Shown: in pieces, positions 1 to 13,170 of the stretch
Numbering within the stretch: position 1 is the first letter of the stretch
Layout: every line of letters starts with the position of its first letter
Origin: Camelus ferus
Lineage: Eukaryota
Direction: 5' to 3'
Length of the DNA: 64,000 nucleotides
NCBI RefSeq assembly: GCF_009834535.1
Contig: NC_045696.1
Coordinates: 60,080,001-60,144,000 of the forward strand
The notes under the pieces: generated by a model
Told to the model about the DNA's origin: nothing
The model's input: only the letters and a program-made list of their open reading frames with translations
Database searches by the model: none
Translations under genes and position numbers: made by a program

Positions 1-2756
1 CAGACAACCAGAGCCAACCAACCTGCTGAACTCTGACAGAACATTGCCCTCTTTGAAAGACAAAGATGCCAAAAATCTGGTAGGAGAAAAGGAAAAAAGA
101 AAGAAGAAAAAGCAAAGCAGTGCAGGACTGGTCCTGCGGGGAGGGAGTGGCAAAGGAGGACTAGCGCTTGTTCTCTGGGTCTCCCCCTCTCAAAGGAGAG
201 GCCAGCAGGATAGAGGGGGAGCCTCTGAGGCTCAGATCTGCCCGGAGCACCCCTTGACCGACAGAACTAAGTTAAAGGGGCACAAAGGGTCCCAGTGACA
301 TCCAGCCCGAGACGCAAGCCAGCAGCTGGGGCCAGGCCAGGCTGCCTGAGCTGGGCGGAGGACTGGGGCGGCTGCACTAGGTAGCCCCAGGGGACTGCAG
401 GGGGCTGCGCACCCTGGCTGGGAGGGGATATGGAGCAGAACAACCTCGGTCTCCCATAAACTGCGAAAAAAGCAAAGCAACACAGCTGGTGTGCCCTGGG
501 GGCAGGGGTGCATAGCCTTTGTCTCCTCAGACCCACAGCGCCATTATTGGAGTTTCTCACAAGAAGAGAGGCAGGGTGCAGCCACAGCCACCACATCCTC
601 CTGTGCGCAGTGCCCGGGCAGGGGCAGGGCCGAGACCTGAATCCGCACCCTGGGGGGCTCTGCAACCTCCTAGGCAGGACTGAGACTTGTTTACAGCCCA
701 TGGCAGATAGGCTCTTTCTGCCCTGGCACCTCAGAGAACTCGCGGCACCAAGACAAACAAGAAGCTGAGATTTGGCATGGAGCAGGGGCAGGGTGGTTCC
801 ATGGTCTTCCCTGAGCCCACCTTCAGAGTGCTGACCCAAGGTGGAGTGGGCAGCTGCTCAGAGCAGTGGAGCAATTGAAGCTGGGAGAGGGCAGGTGGCC
901 ACCTGCCTTCCTGGCAGTAATGCAGAACCTGACCATGGTGCTGGGAGGGGGCACAATCCACCCACCTGCCTCACCTGAGTTCAGCATCTGACTGCAACAT
1001 CGGGATGGGGAGTGACCTGCCTGCCCACCCACTGGTGCCAGAGAGATATGAGCAATATGAAGAAGGAGAGGAACCAGTCCCAATTAAAAGATCAAGAGAA
1101 ATCCCCTGAAAGCACGATCAAGGAAATAGATATCGATGGCCTACTAGATCAAGATTTCAAAAAAGGACTGATCAAAGTACTGAAGGAACTAAAAGAAATA
1201 GTGTTTAGATATAAAATATGTCAAAAATGAAATAGAAGCTATAAAGAAGAACCAAGTAGAATTAGTAAACTCATTTGCTGAGATGAGAGCTGACCTAAAG
1301 GCTGTACAAAGCAGGCTAGATAATGCAGAGGAAGGAATAAGTGACCTAGAAGACAGGACAACAGAAAGCACCCAATCAGAACAGCTGAGAGAAAAACAAA
1401 TAAAAAACAATGAAAACAATATAAAGAACCTATGGGATAATATAAAGCATGCTAATCTACACATAATAGGGGTTCCAGAAGGGGAAGAAAGAACAAAGGG
1501 GATTGAAAAGGTATTTGAAGAAATCATGACTGAAAACTTCCCAAACCTAAAGAAGGAATCAGATATCCAAGTACAGGAGGCTCAGAGGGTCCCAAACAGG
1601 AAGAACCCAAACAGACCCACACCAAGACATATCATCATCAAGATGGCCAGAGTCAAGGATAAAGAAATGATCCTCAAGGCAGCAAGAGAAAAACAAAGAG
1701 TGAGTTACAGGGGAACCCCCATAAGGCTCTCAGCTGATTTCTCTACACAAACACTATAGGCCAGAAGGGAGTGGCAAGATATATTCAAAGTTCTGCATGA
1801 AAAAAAGATGCAGCCTAGGATGCTCAATCCAGCAAGGCTATCCTTTAGAACAGAAGGAGAGATAAAGAACTTCACAGACAAGCAAAAACTAAAAGAGTTT
1901 AGCAACACTAAACCTAAAAGAAATATTGACAGGTCTACTCTAAATAGGAAAGAAGCAGGATGCTACAAAAATGAGAAACTCATAACTAGAAAGGTGATAA
2001 CTACCATGAATTCCAAATAGAATAAACACAAAATTGTAAAAGAAGACATCTAAATCATTAAGAATGGGAGAGAGAAGCAAGGAAAGCCACTGTGGAAAAC
2101 AGTATGGAGATTCCTCAAAAGACTAGGAATAGACTTACCATATGACCCAGGAATCCCACTCCTGGGCATATATCCAGAAGGAACCCTACTTCAAAATGAC
2201 ACCTGCACCTGAATGTTCATAGCAGCACTATTTACAATAGCCAAGACATGGAAACAGCCTAAATGTCCATCAACAGATGAGTGTATAAAGAAGTGGTATA
2301 TTTATATGATGGAATACTATTCAGCTGTAAAAACCGACAACATAATGCCATTTGCAGCAACATGGATGTTCCTGGAGAATGTCATTCTAAGTGAAGTTAG
2401 CCAGAAAGAGAAAGAAAAATACCATATGAGATCACTCATATGTGGAATCTAAAAAAAAAAAGAACATAAATACAAAACAGAAACAGACTCACAGACATAG
2501 AATACAAACTTGTGGTTGCCAAGGGGGCAGAGGATGGGAAGGGACAGAGTGGGATTTTAAAATGTAGAATAGATAAACAAGATCATACTGTATAGCACAG
2601 GGAAATATATACAAGATCTTGTGGTAGCTCACAGTGAAAAAAAAATGTGACAATGAATATACGTATTTTCATGTATGACTGAAGAATTGTGCTCTACACT
2701 GGAATTTGACACAACATTGTAAAATGACTATTACTCAATTAAAAAATGTTAAAAAA
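1..2756 (+). mobile_element. LINE-1, internally deleted: GC-rich 5'UTR, disrupted ORF1 (~1047-1930), jump at ~2085 to the ORF2 C-terminus, 3'UTR and A-tail
   Basis: ORF1p peptides (NLWDNIKHANLHIIGVPEGEE, TPRHIIIKM, IRLSADFS) with TAG at 1757-1759; ORF2 C-terminal peptide MFIAALFTIAKTWKQPKCPS at 2213-2452. Confidence 0.92.
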
Positions 2757-3258
2757 GGTTGTGGTATATTTATACAATGGAATACTGCTCAATGATAAAA
2801 ACAAATAAAATAATACCATTTGCAGCAACATGGATGGACCTGGAGATCGTCATTCCAAGTGAAGTAAACCGGAAAGAGAAAGAAAAATACCATAGTATAT
2901 CATTCATATGTGGAATTTAAAAAAAAAAGAAACAGAAAAAAGAGGACCCTAATGACCTCATCTATAAAACAGAAACAAACTCACATAGTAAATAATGTTA
3001 TTATGGTTACTGGGGGAAAAGGGGTGGGAAGGGATAAATTTGGGAGTTTGAGATTCACAAATGTTAACTACAATATATAAAAATAGATAAAAACAAATTT
3101 CTTCTGTATAGCACAGAGAACTATATTCAATACCTTGTAATAACCTTTAATGAAAAAGAATATGAAAACGAATATATGTATGTACATGCGTGACTGGGAC
3201 ATTATGCTGTACAACAGAAATTGACACATTGTAAACTATACTTCAATTAAAAAAATAA
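2757..3258 (+). mobile_element. Second LINE-1 3' end (ORF2 tail plus a different 3'UTR) abutting the first
   Basis: tgtggtatatttatacaatggaatac... through cttcaattaaaaaaa; 3'UTR resembles that of the L1 at 43.9-45.3 kb. Confidence 0.88.
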
Positions 3259-6200
3259 TATCAATCATTCTAAAGGGTAGGTAGTGGCATCTCACTTTGG
3301 TTTTAATGTGTATCTCCCAATAACAAATGATGTTGAGCATCTTTTCAAGTGCTTATTAGCCATTCATATCTCTTCTTTTCAAAAATATTTTGTTCTATCA
3401 TTTGCCCATTTCAAATGGAATTGTTTGTCTTCTTATTTTTGAGTTGTCAGGGGTCTTTATGCATGTGTTGCAATATGTTCTCCCTTTCTGGATTTTTCCA
3501 TGACATTTCTACCTACTACATCCACTTTATAAAAGGCTAACCAGGAATTTAGGAAAATGGAGAGAGTGGCCAGAGGTCATATAATTGGCTGCAGAGTCTC
3601 AAATGCAGGGACTCAAATCCTGTCTCCTGAATCAGGAGGAGCCCACCGCTCTATCCTCTTCTGGCTTCAAGACAGCAGGAGAGTAATATCCACAGAGCTC
3701 TACTGCCAGTGTCTGCTAATGCCATCCTATTGTAGCAGGGTTGATGCTACCATGGTTTGTCCCACTTCTCTGCTGAGGACACAGGAAGAGTGACCAGGGA
3801 GGGACACAGGTATGCTAGCACCTGCCTTCCTGACGCTTCCCTGGCCTTCCCTGGGAAATACGGGCAACAAGGTCAGGCAGTCAGTCCTGAGAGTGTGACT
3901 CCACAGCCATCCTTCTTAGGTCTCCTTCATCCCAGTCCACCACTTCCCAGGCTCAGAGAGACGATGTATGCAGAGTCTCTCAGCAGGGACGTGCTCTCCC
4001 AGCTGCCCACGTCTCCTTCCACGTGGAGGCAGCTCGGTGAGCATCGTGCTCCTGGCCTCTCCGCGTGCCTTTATTCACTGGCCCTACGTGAGGTGTAGTG
4101 AGTTGTTTCAGAAGAATAAACTGGGAAAACTCACCTCTGATGTGCCTTTTCCCTTCTGGGGGGCGAACCTGTGTATTCAGGCTGGTTGTAGCTGGGAGGG
4201 TAAGGATGCAGGACTAGGAAGCCCTAAATCACATTCTCCAAAGTAAACTCCTGTTGAAAGTGATAGTTCCTCTCCGTCTACCATATTCTTTGTCCTATTT
4301 CTCACATCATTCAAAACCTGGGCAAAGAAAAGGGGCGATAATAACTAGCACCTCACTGGCTATATCCTAGATATTTAACTGTAAGTTGAGGACACAGTCT
4401 GCATCTTCCTGTAGAAACATTATATGTAGGTGACTTTGTCACAGAATCAGCTAAAAAGAGCTAAATTTACCCATAATTACCTGGTCACCGCAGAACTGTT
4501 TGTCAGCAGGGACTTTATCAATGGCCTATTGACTATAGAGAAGGACAGGACATGCCCATTAATCTAAAATTATATCTGACTACTCAAACATAGGGTAAAC
4601 AGAAGGGAGTTGTGTCAAAGCGATTTAGGACTGGAATTTGATCTGTCAAGGACCCCTCTTCAGCTACTCTCGTTCTGTAATATGGTGGTACGATCATAAG
4701 GTTCTAAGGCTTTGGAAGGATCATTAGATACCTAAAAATCGCTATCAAGATTAAATAACAAGACTTACCAAATTTTTTTCTGTCTACAGAATCAAGTGTT
4801 GCAAGAAATTTTAACTGCCCTTCACTGCTTCTCACTAATTCTAGTCCCTTGGTAAGTATTTTCCATGCTATAGTCTTTCCAGATTCACTAATACTAATTA
4901 TCAATATCATATTTTGATAATAATGAAGTTGATCATTTATTTTCCTCTCTAATTCAGTAAACCATTCCCACAGAAATGGCTTGTGGGAAAGCAATCTTCC
5001 CAACTCAGGTGTTTAACTGGTTCCACTTTGACAGAACCATGTCCAATCCTGGCATTCACATCTACTGAAATTAACTTTCACCAAATGGATACTCTACAGG
5101 AATAACATTCAGGCAGCTCTTCAGATATCGGATACTTGAGGCACCTCTGTACATCTCTCAGCCTCTGAATATGAAGCAGTGGACAAGACAATGGAGGTCT
5201 CTACTCTCTTGGGGTTTATAGGGGCGGAGGGGTAGACAGAAAATAATTAAATAGAGAGTGAGCAGAAGAATGACAGGAGTGTTCTCCTTGGTGGTCTCCT
5301 GTAAAAGAGCCACCTGACTATCGATCCCCAGTTCATTTCCTCTGTGGCCTCATTACAGGATGAAACTATTTTTCTTTTTGCTGGTTCAGTTGTCTGCTGC
5401 CCGTAAGAGCCCTGTCTCGTGCCTTGTCTCCCAGGAGAGCTTCCCTGTCATGTTCATGCCTCTGCCCCCAGCACCCAGAACACCCGGCACAAGCAGGTGC
5501 TCAGTAAATATTTATGGAATAAAGGAAAGAATGGACGAGTATCATCCAGTTTGTTGCAGGTGTGGGGAGCAGGGATGCCAAGTAAATAGATATTGTCCTG
5601 GGTCTTCAGACTCAACGTGCATTTGGATAATTTATTTTCCCAAAGTTGGTTGTCATAATCAAATAATTCACAAACAGAAAATAAATTAGTAAAGAAATGT
5701 GGGGAACATACTTGACTTTTCATTCATTTTAAAGACATGCTACTACAAAAACAAGAGTAAAATAACATTTTACAGCTGTTAGAAATGTTCACATTGACAA
5801 TGTTCAGTTCTGGGGGGTGCAGATAATTTAACATGCTTACAAATGCTATGTCTGCTTCAAAAGGCGATTCAGAAACAGACATTAAGAACCATAAAAAATA
5901 TTCTTACCTTTTGACCGAGAAACACCTCTAGGACTCTAGCCGAAGGAAACATTTTCAAATGAAGGGAAAATTATACATACAAGTTCATGTGCTGCACTAT
6001 TATGTGTATTATAAAATTAGAAACAACTATTAATTCCCAAGAGCAGAGGAATAAATGCGGTGACTGTCCTTGATGAAACGTATGCCAGCGTCGCACAGGG
6101 TGAAGATGAAAGCAGCAGTAGGGGAGGGTGCTTATTCTACTCAGGCATGAGAAAAAGGCAGGGTTCCGACTATACAGCCAAGTGCGTGAAAAGTGTGCCT

Positions 6201-6399
6201 CTGTAAAGATGGGCCCTGGAAGCAAACATGGACAAATTAATGTGCTTTGACTTGTTGGGAGGCAGGACTGTGGGTGAGCTCTCCTCTTGAGATTTTCTCT
6301 CTCACACACAAAGACGTCAAGGGCTCTGAGGTGCTTCAAACTTGGGCACCCATTCGTAAGCTATTTCCTGGGAGGCAGCAAAGCACCAGGAATCAATTA

Positions 6400-6720
6400 C
6401 ATACTCTGACTGTGGGCCTATTTTGCTGACAAAGATGAAAAGAATGATACTGCTTGCTGTGGACCACGGTGTGTGGGAAACAGGCCTCGTACACAGCCTT
6501 TGGGGGAAAGGAAATCTGGCAATATGTATCCCAGAACTTTAACATGGACTTAACGCTTGATCCAGCAATTCCAGGAATGTATCCCAAGGAAGCAGCCAGA
6601 CATGTGCTCAAAGACAGTGCTACAAGGATGTATCACTATTATGTTTCATAGGAAAATATTTGAAACTATGCAAATATCCAAAAGCTGGAGCTCGGTTAAG
6701 ACAAATGTAGTCATTATGAC
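6400..6720 (+). mobile_element. Old L1 (L1M-type) ORF2 3' remnant
   Basis: ggcaatatgtatc...tgatccagcaattccaggaatgtatcccaagga motif. Confidence 0.6.
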
Positions 6721-7694
6721 AAAGGAAATTTTCAACAATGCTGCGTTTACTAAGTATGAATAATTACAAAACAGTATATACAATGAGGAGCTATGCTGGG
6801 GTTCTACCAGCCCGTGTCGGGTTCTGATGTTTTCCTTTATTCACTAAATACTCTTGAGCATCTACAAGTGCCAGACGCTGTCCCAGGCTCTGGGGATGGA
6901 GTGGTAATCTGAAACGAGCGTCTCTGCGGTAACTCTGCAAAGGGCTGTGAAGGACATGCTGAAGGTGTGGTGGGAGCAGCAGTGGGAAGTCCTCACTCTG
7001 GAACACTCTCTGCAAAATGCACCCAGGAATCACCACCAGCAGAGGCCAGCAAACGGGGGCCCACGATACAGAGCCCTCGACTGACTGACTTTCTTTGAGG
7101 GCCAATATCCCCATCTCTGCTCCAGCCTGGACAGCAGCTGCCACACAGGGCAGGGCCAGAAACCACCCTCCCCTCTGACCTCCTCCCATGATGCGGGGTC
7201 TGCCTCCCTTCCTTTATGGAAACGCTCTCCCACCTGCCCTGGGCCTCTCCCCAGAAGGTTCCTGGTGTCTCTGTAAATCACAGGGATGGGGAGTGGGTGG
7301 TGGGAGGTGGGGCTGGGAGGGAATGTCTGCAGAACTTCTCTCTGGAAGCCATCTTGTCCTGGCTCCTGCTGAGTCAAGATGCCCTGTAATAATCTGCCCT
7401 GTAACTATGTGGAGTTCCTTGAAAAATATTTCCAGATCTCTCAATAATGCCTACCCAGAGGGTGGCATAAATGTGTGGGTTTTATGAATGGAAAAACTAG
7501 GTACCTCCGAGGCACAATCTCTGAGAATCTTTTCTTCTCTGAGAAAAACTTAAATTTTAGTGGAAATACTCCAGTGCTCTTGCAGGGCTGGGTTCCCAGG
7601 GTGTTGTCCGCAACGGGTCCCAGTGTGGAGAGGTGAGGAGAGTGGTTTTCCCCAGTACCCACTCCCAGAGAATTAAAAGTGAGCTGGGTATCAC

Positions 7695-8385
7695 ATTTTC
7701 GTCACCAGGATGGCTGTGATCAAAAAGACAGTAACTGCAAGTGTTGGTGAGAATGTGGAGAACTGGAATCCTCACACAGTGCTGGTAGGGAGTAAAACGG
7801 TGCAGCCACTTTGGACAACAGTCTGGCAGTTCCTCAAAAAGTTAGACATAGAGTTACCACGTCACCCAGCAATTCCACTTCTTCCTAAGAGAAAGGAAAA
7901 AATGTCCACACAAAATTTTGTACATGAGTTTGTTATTCATGATGTCCAAAAGACGGAAAGAACCCAGTCTTCATCACTGATGAATGGATGAACAAAATGT
8001 AGTACATTTAGTCAATGGAACACTGTTCCACCATGAAAAGGAATGAAGGACTGATACATGCTACCGTGTGGATAAAGCTTGAGAATAATATGCTCGGTGA
8101 GATAAACCGGTCCCAAAAGACCACATATTGTGTGATTCCATTTATAGCAAATGTCCAGAATAGGCAAATCTATAGAGAGAGAAAATGGATTATATGTTCC
8201 CTAGGGCTAGGGGGTAGGTGGGAGGATGAGGGGATGATGGCTAAGAAGTATGGGTTTCTTTCTGGGATGACGGAAATGTTCTAAAATTGGTTGTGGTGCT
8301 GCATTGAACTTAAATGGGTGTATTGCATGATATATGAATCGTATCTTAATAAACCTGCTACCTCAAAACTAAAATTTAAAAAAGC
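7695..8385 (+). mobile_element. L1MB/MC-like 3' end
   Basis: MAVIKKT...QPLWTTVWQFLKKLDIELPRHPAIPLL peptide and L1M 3'UTR ending in aataaa and an A-rich tail. Confidence 0.8.
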
Positions 8386-8697
8386 AAGCTGGGATGGATT
8401 AGGTGGAAACCCCTCCAGGGCAATTTTAAAGAGGACTGGCTTAAAGGAAAATTTTCTTCACCAGTGGCCTCCCTCTGCCTACAGACAAGCTTGGTAATGA
8501 TCACAACTCTGTATAGCTCAGAAGAGTTATAGAAATAGAGTTTATTAATGTTCATAAGAACTTAAAAAGCACCTACCACATGTCACCATTGTACATACTT
8601 TACACTTCTTAGCTCAAAACCATGAAGGTGACTTACTATTATAACACACATATTTTAGCTAGGAATCAGGAGCACAGGTGAGACTTTAACTTAGATC

Positions 8698-10770
8698 TGG
8701 GTTAGTAACCTTTTCCAATAAAGGGCTGGATAGTATTTTAGGCTTTGTGGGCCAAGAGGCAAAACTGAGATTATTATGTAGACATTTATATAACAAGAGA
8801 GAAAACAAATTTCAAAAAAATATATTGATGAAATTTAAAATAGAATAATAACTGAGCACAACTTTTGTTAATACTGGTTTACTAATAGAGAATAGAATCA
8901 TTTTGGTAGGGGGGGTTAGTTTGCTTAACTGACGTTCAGAATTAGGTTCCCTATGTCATTAAAACTGATCACAAATGTTCAACTGTTAATGCTGATTTAT
9001 AATGAAATTCATGTATTTCATCTTCAAAAATGTCTTTTCATACTCAGAGGCTATAGTGCCAAATGCTGATATTTGCCCACCAGCATGTAATTTTCATTAA
9101 GTATATCCACTGCTCAGAAGGCAGCTATAGGAATCTATTAGATTCTTCTATTGGTAGTTGCCCTTTAGCAGCCATTACATTGCAAATTAATCATTTCCAA
9201 TTGAATGTTAGGTAGATGCTCCTCAATTGCATAGTAAAACAGATTTTGAAATACAGAAAGTTTCTTTGCACTTGCATTGAAATCAAAAAGCAGAGCTGGA
9301 ACTGTGGTTTAAATTCAGAATATATGTCTGCTGCAAACATGTGTGGGAAGGAATATCTTGCTTCTCATTTTAATTTTAGACTACATGTGAAGTATAGAAA
9401 TTAGCTTGATATTACTTGTGAATTACATAAAATTATTAGATTGCTATAAAAATGACTTTTCCACAGTATAAAATTTGCATGTATTGCTTTTTTGGGTTTT
9501 AACTATAAGTTGAATTCATTAAGAAGCATGATCAAGTCTTTAGCAGAAGATACCTTCAAAAGTCATTCTTGTTTGATGATAGTGGTTGAGAGTGGTTCTT
9601 CTCATTCAGATTCAAATTTTTGCCCTTTGCTCAAAAACTTGCAATAAAAGTTTGCTAATATTAAGCCATCCAACTGCTTTATAGTAGATTAAATCAGGAT
9701 ATTATCTTCTGTACTGGATTAAAAATTCACGGAAACAGTGATGGTTAAGTCCACTGATAGTGAATGAAGTTACACTACCAGCTTACAATATATGATGTAT
9801 ACAAATATTTTCCACAAAATACTTATTTATAACTAATACAATGAATAACCATAGGCTTTAAATGCCTAACATTTTCACAAACTTTATAAATGAGCCCAAC
9901 TATAGCTTTTTCTGCTTTACACATATTTCTACCACCTTTAGTTGTTATATATCTTAGCAGATTCTACTTCAGTTTATACTGAAAATAGAGTTTTCTCAAA
10001 TTTTTGAAAATATCCTCTTTCAAACAAGAGCTTTATTGAGATTAAATTCACATATCATGCAACTCACTCAATGTGTGTAATTCCGTTTTGAAAATATTGT
10101 TTCCTATAGTTGTTCCACAGAGGCTGCCCATAGAATCTAATTCTTCAGTTACTTCAAACTTGTCACTGACTCCTTGAATAAACAACAACTGAGTAGTCCT
10201 GGTGACATCTGTCAGCTCATCAAGAGCCTAGGAAAACCACTCAGAATTATTTTCCTTGTTTATTAATTGGCCATTGACACTGTTCCCAATGTTCTCAACT
10301 TTCTGAGCAACTGTTCTGGCTGAAAGAGTCTTAAGCACATTTCTTTATTTCTAGACATATCTCCTTGGCTGCTGTAAACAAATACAATTTAACTCATCCC
10401 TACATGGCTTCCTTTGCTTGGCTAATAAATGAGCCACATGGAAACTTTCTTTGATTATAGGCTTATTTTCATTATTTAATTTTATGATGGAATTCTTCTG
10501 TAATGAGATATTCCATTTAAAAATTTCTGTTTTTCCTGATGGCTGCTTTCCTGTGAGTTGGGAATATTGTGATAAATCCTTGGTATGGAAATGTTAACAT
10601 AATCTATTATTTTAGCCCTACCTATAGTGTCACTGCCTAATAAATAATGCTTTGCCATCAAATTTGGTAACTAATCCATGTTGGATTCAAAAGCATGATA
10701 CTTGAAAGTCCATTTTTGTCTTCTTATTTTGATATGATGTGTTGCATTGGTATTTTAAAAATAAAGTGAT
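8698..10770 (-). mobile_element. hAT-Charlie DNA transposon (Cheshire/MER58-type), left part with decayed transposase on the minus strand
   Basis: MER58-like terminus (aaagggctggatagtattttaggctttgtgggcca); minus-strand remnants resembling hAT transposase (LNEKNHSQPLSSN, DLIMLLNEFNL). Family name from recall. Confidence 0.7.
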
Positions 10771-10849
10771 GAAGAATTGGCATTTCCTAAGAGACTAGAG
10801 ACAGGACACAAAACTCCTTCCTATTGCTAATATAAAGTCTGCTATTGGG

Positions 10850-13067
10850 TGCGGCCAAATGATGGAGTGGGAAAGTCTTGAGCTTACCTCCTCCCATGGA
10901 CACACCAAAATCACAACCATTTACAAAGTAACTGTCAGTTAGAACAATCTGAAGACCAGCAGAAATGATTTTCCATCACTAAAGATATAAAGAAGGAACC
11001 ACAGCGAGATGGGTAGGTGGGACCAGGATGCAGTATATTTTAACACCCACACCCTCAGGGAGGAGACCCACGAATTGGAGGGTAATCACAATTGCAGAGG
11101 TTCTTCCCAAGAAGCGAGGGTTCTGAGACTCACATTGGACTCCCCAGCCCAGGGGTTCTACACTGGGAGAGATGAGTCCTCAGAATGTCTGGATTTTTAG
11201 GCCAGCAGGGCTTGCATTCAGGAGAGCCAGAAGGCTGTAGGAAACAGAGAATCCACTCCTATAGAGCTCAGGCAAAATCTCATAGGTCTGAGTCCCAACT
11301 GAGAGACAGTAAATTGAAAGGAACCTGAGTCAGACCCACTTGTTGATCTTGAAGCACCTCCCAAAGAGGAGGATGCAATTGGGAAATCCCCCTAGGGTCA
11401 CAGACATTGGCAGAAGCTATTTTGGGGAGCCCCTGCTACTATAAGGGAACTGGTGTTGGAAAGTGCCATTTTGGAGTCCTCCCCTTAGCTTATTAGCACT
11501 AGGGATTTATCTGCTTACCAGTGGACTAACACATGCCATGAGACCCAGCCTTGCCCATCAGCAGGCCAGGACTAGCTCTGGGGATCCCTGGACCTTGCAG
11601 CCAGCTTCCCTAGGACTCAGCCCCAACTACCAGTGGGCTAGTAATCACTGCATGAGGCAAGACGTGGCAGCCTGCCTGGCTGGGGACTGGGCCTGCCTAC
11701 CATGTGTCCATAGCAGTTGGCCCTGCCAGAACAGAAGGGCTCATGCAGCCCATATAGGGGGCATCATATGAGCATATAGTTCTGGTGACCAGAGGAGAGT
11801 ATGCTGCTGGGCCCCATAGGATGTCTCCTACATAAAGTCACTTCTCCAAGATCAGGAAACATAATTGACCTACATAATACATACAAATACATGCAGAGAA
11901 TTAGGTAAAATGATGAGACAGGGGTATTAACAAATGAAGAAACAAGATAAAACCTCAGAAAAAGAACTAAACAAGGAGAAGATAACCAATCTATCTGATA
12001 AAGAGTTCAAGCTAATGATCATAAAGATGCTCAATAAACTCAGAATAAGAATGGATGAATATAATGAGATTTCAACAAAGAGAAGACATAAGTAAGAAAC
12101 AGAGCTGGAGAATACAACAACTGAAATAAAAAATACCCTAGAAGGAATCAACAGTAGATTAGATGATACAGAGGAACAGGTCAGCAAACTGAAAAACAGA
12201 GTAGTGGAAATCACCAAAGCTAAACAGAAGAAAGAAAAAAGAATTTTAAAAAATGAGGAAAGTTTAAGAGATCTCTGGGACAACATAAAGCATACTATAT
12301 TTGGATTATAGGGGCCCCAGAAGGAGAAGAGAGAGAGAAAGGGGCAGATGATTTATTTGAAGAAATAATAGCTGAAAACTTCCCTAACCTGGGAAAGGAA
12401 AAAAAAAATCCAGGTTCAGGAAACAGAGAGTTCCAAGCAAGATGAACCCAAAGGGTCCACACCAACACACATTAATTAAAATGACAAAAATTAAAGAAAA
12501 AGAGAAACTCTTAAAACTTGCAAGAGAAAAGCAACTAGTTACGTATATGGGAACTCCCATAAGACAATAGGGTGACTTTTCAGCAGAAATTTTGTAGGCC
12601 AGAAGGAAGTGGCACAATATATTCAATGTGGTAAAAGAAAGAAAACCTATAATCAAGAATATTCTACATGGCATGGCTATCATTTAGATTTGAAGGAGAA
12701 ATAGAGAGTTTTACAGTTAAGCAAAAGGTAAAAGAGTTCAGCACCACTAAGCTGACTTTGCAGGAAATGTTGAAGGGACTTCTCTAAGCAGAAAAGCAAA
12801 GGCCACAACTGGAAATATGAAAATTATGAAAGGAAAAATCTAATTGGTAAAGGCAAACAGACAGTAAAGGAAGTAAATCAACTACATGTAAAGCTAATAA
12901 GAGGGTTAAAAGTACTAAAATCATCTATATCCACACTAATTAGTTAAGGGATACACAAAACAAGAAGATGTAAAATATGATGCCAAAAAATTACACATTG
13001 TGGTAGCAGGGTAAGAACACAGGGTTGTTAGAATGTATCTGAACCTAAGAGATCATCAACTTAATAC

Positions 13068-13105
<38 letters not shown>

Positions 13106-13108
13106 ATA

Positions 13109-13170
<62 letters not shown>

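Noticed and set aside
1012..2452. L1 ORF1/ORF2 pieces as functional CDS
   Set aside because: ORF1 is broken by frameshifts and a TAG at 1757-1759, and ORF2 lacks endonuclease and RT.
3300..8690. First exon or promoter of the predicted second MUC13 copy
   Set aside because: No signal-peptide exon was recognisable on the minus strand; if the copy exists it starts left of the window.
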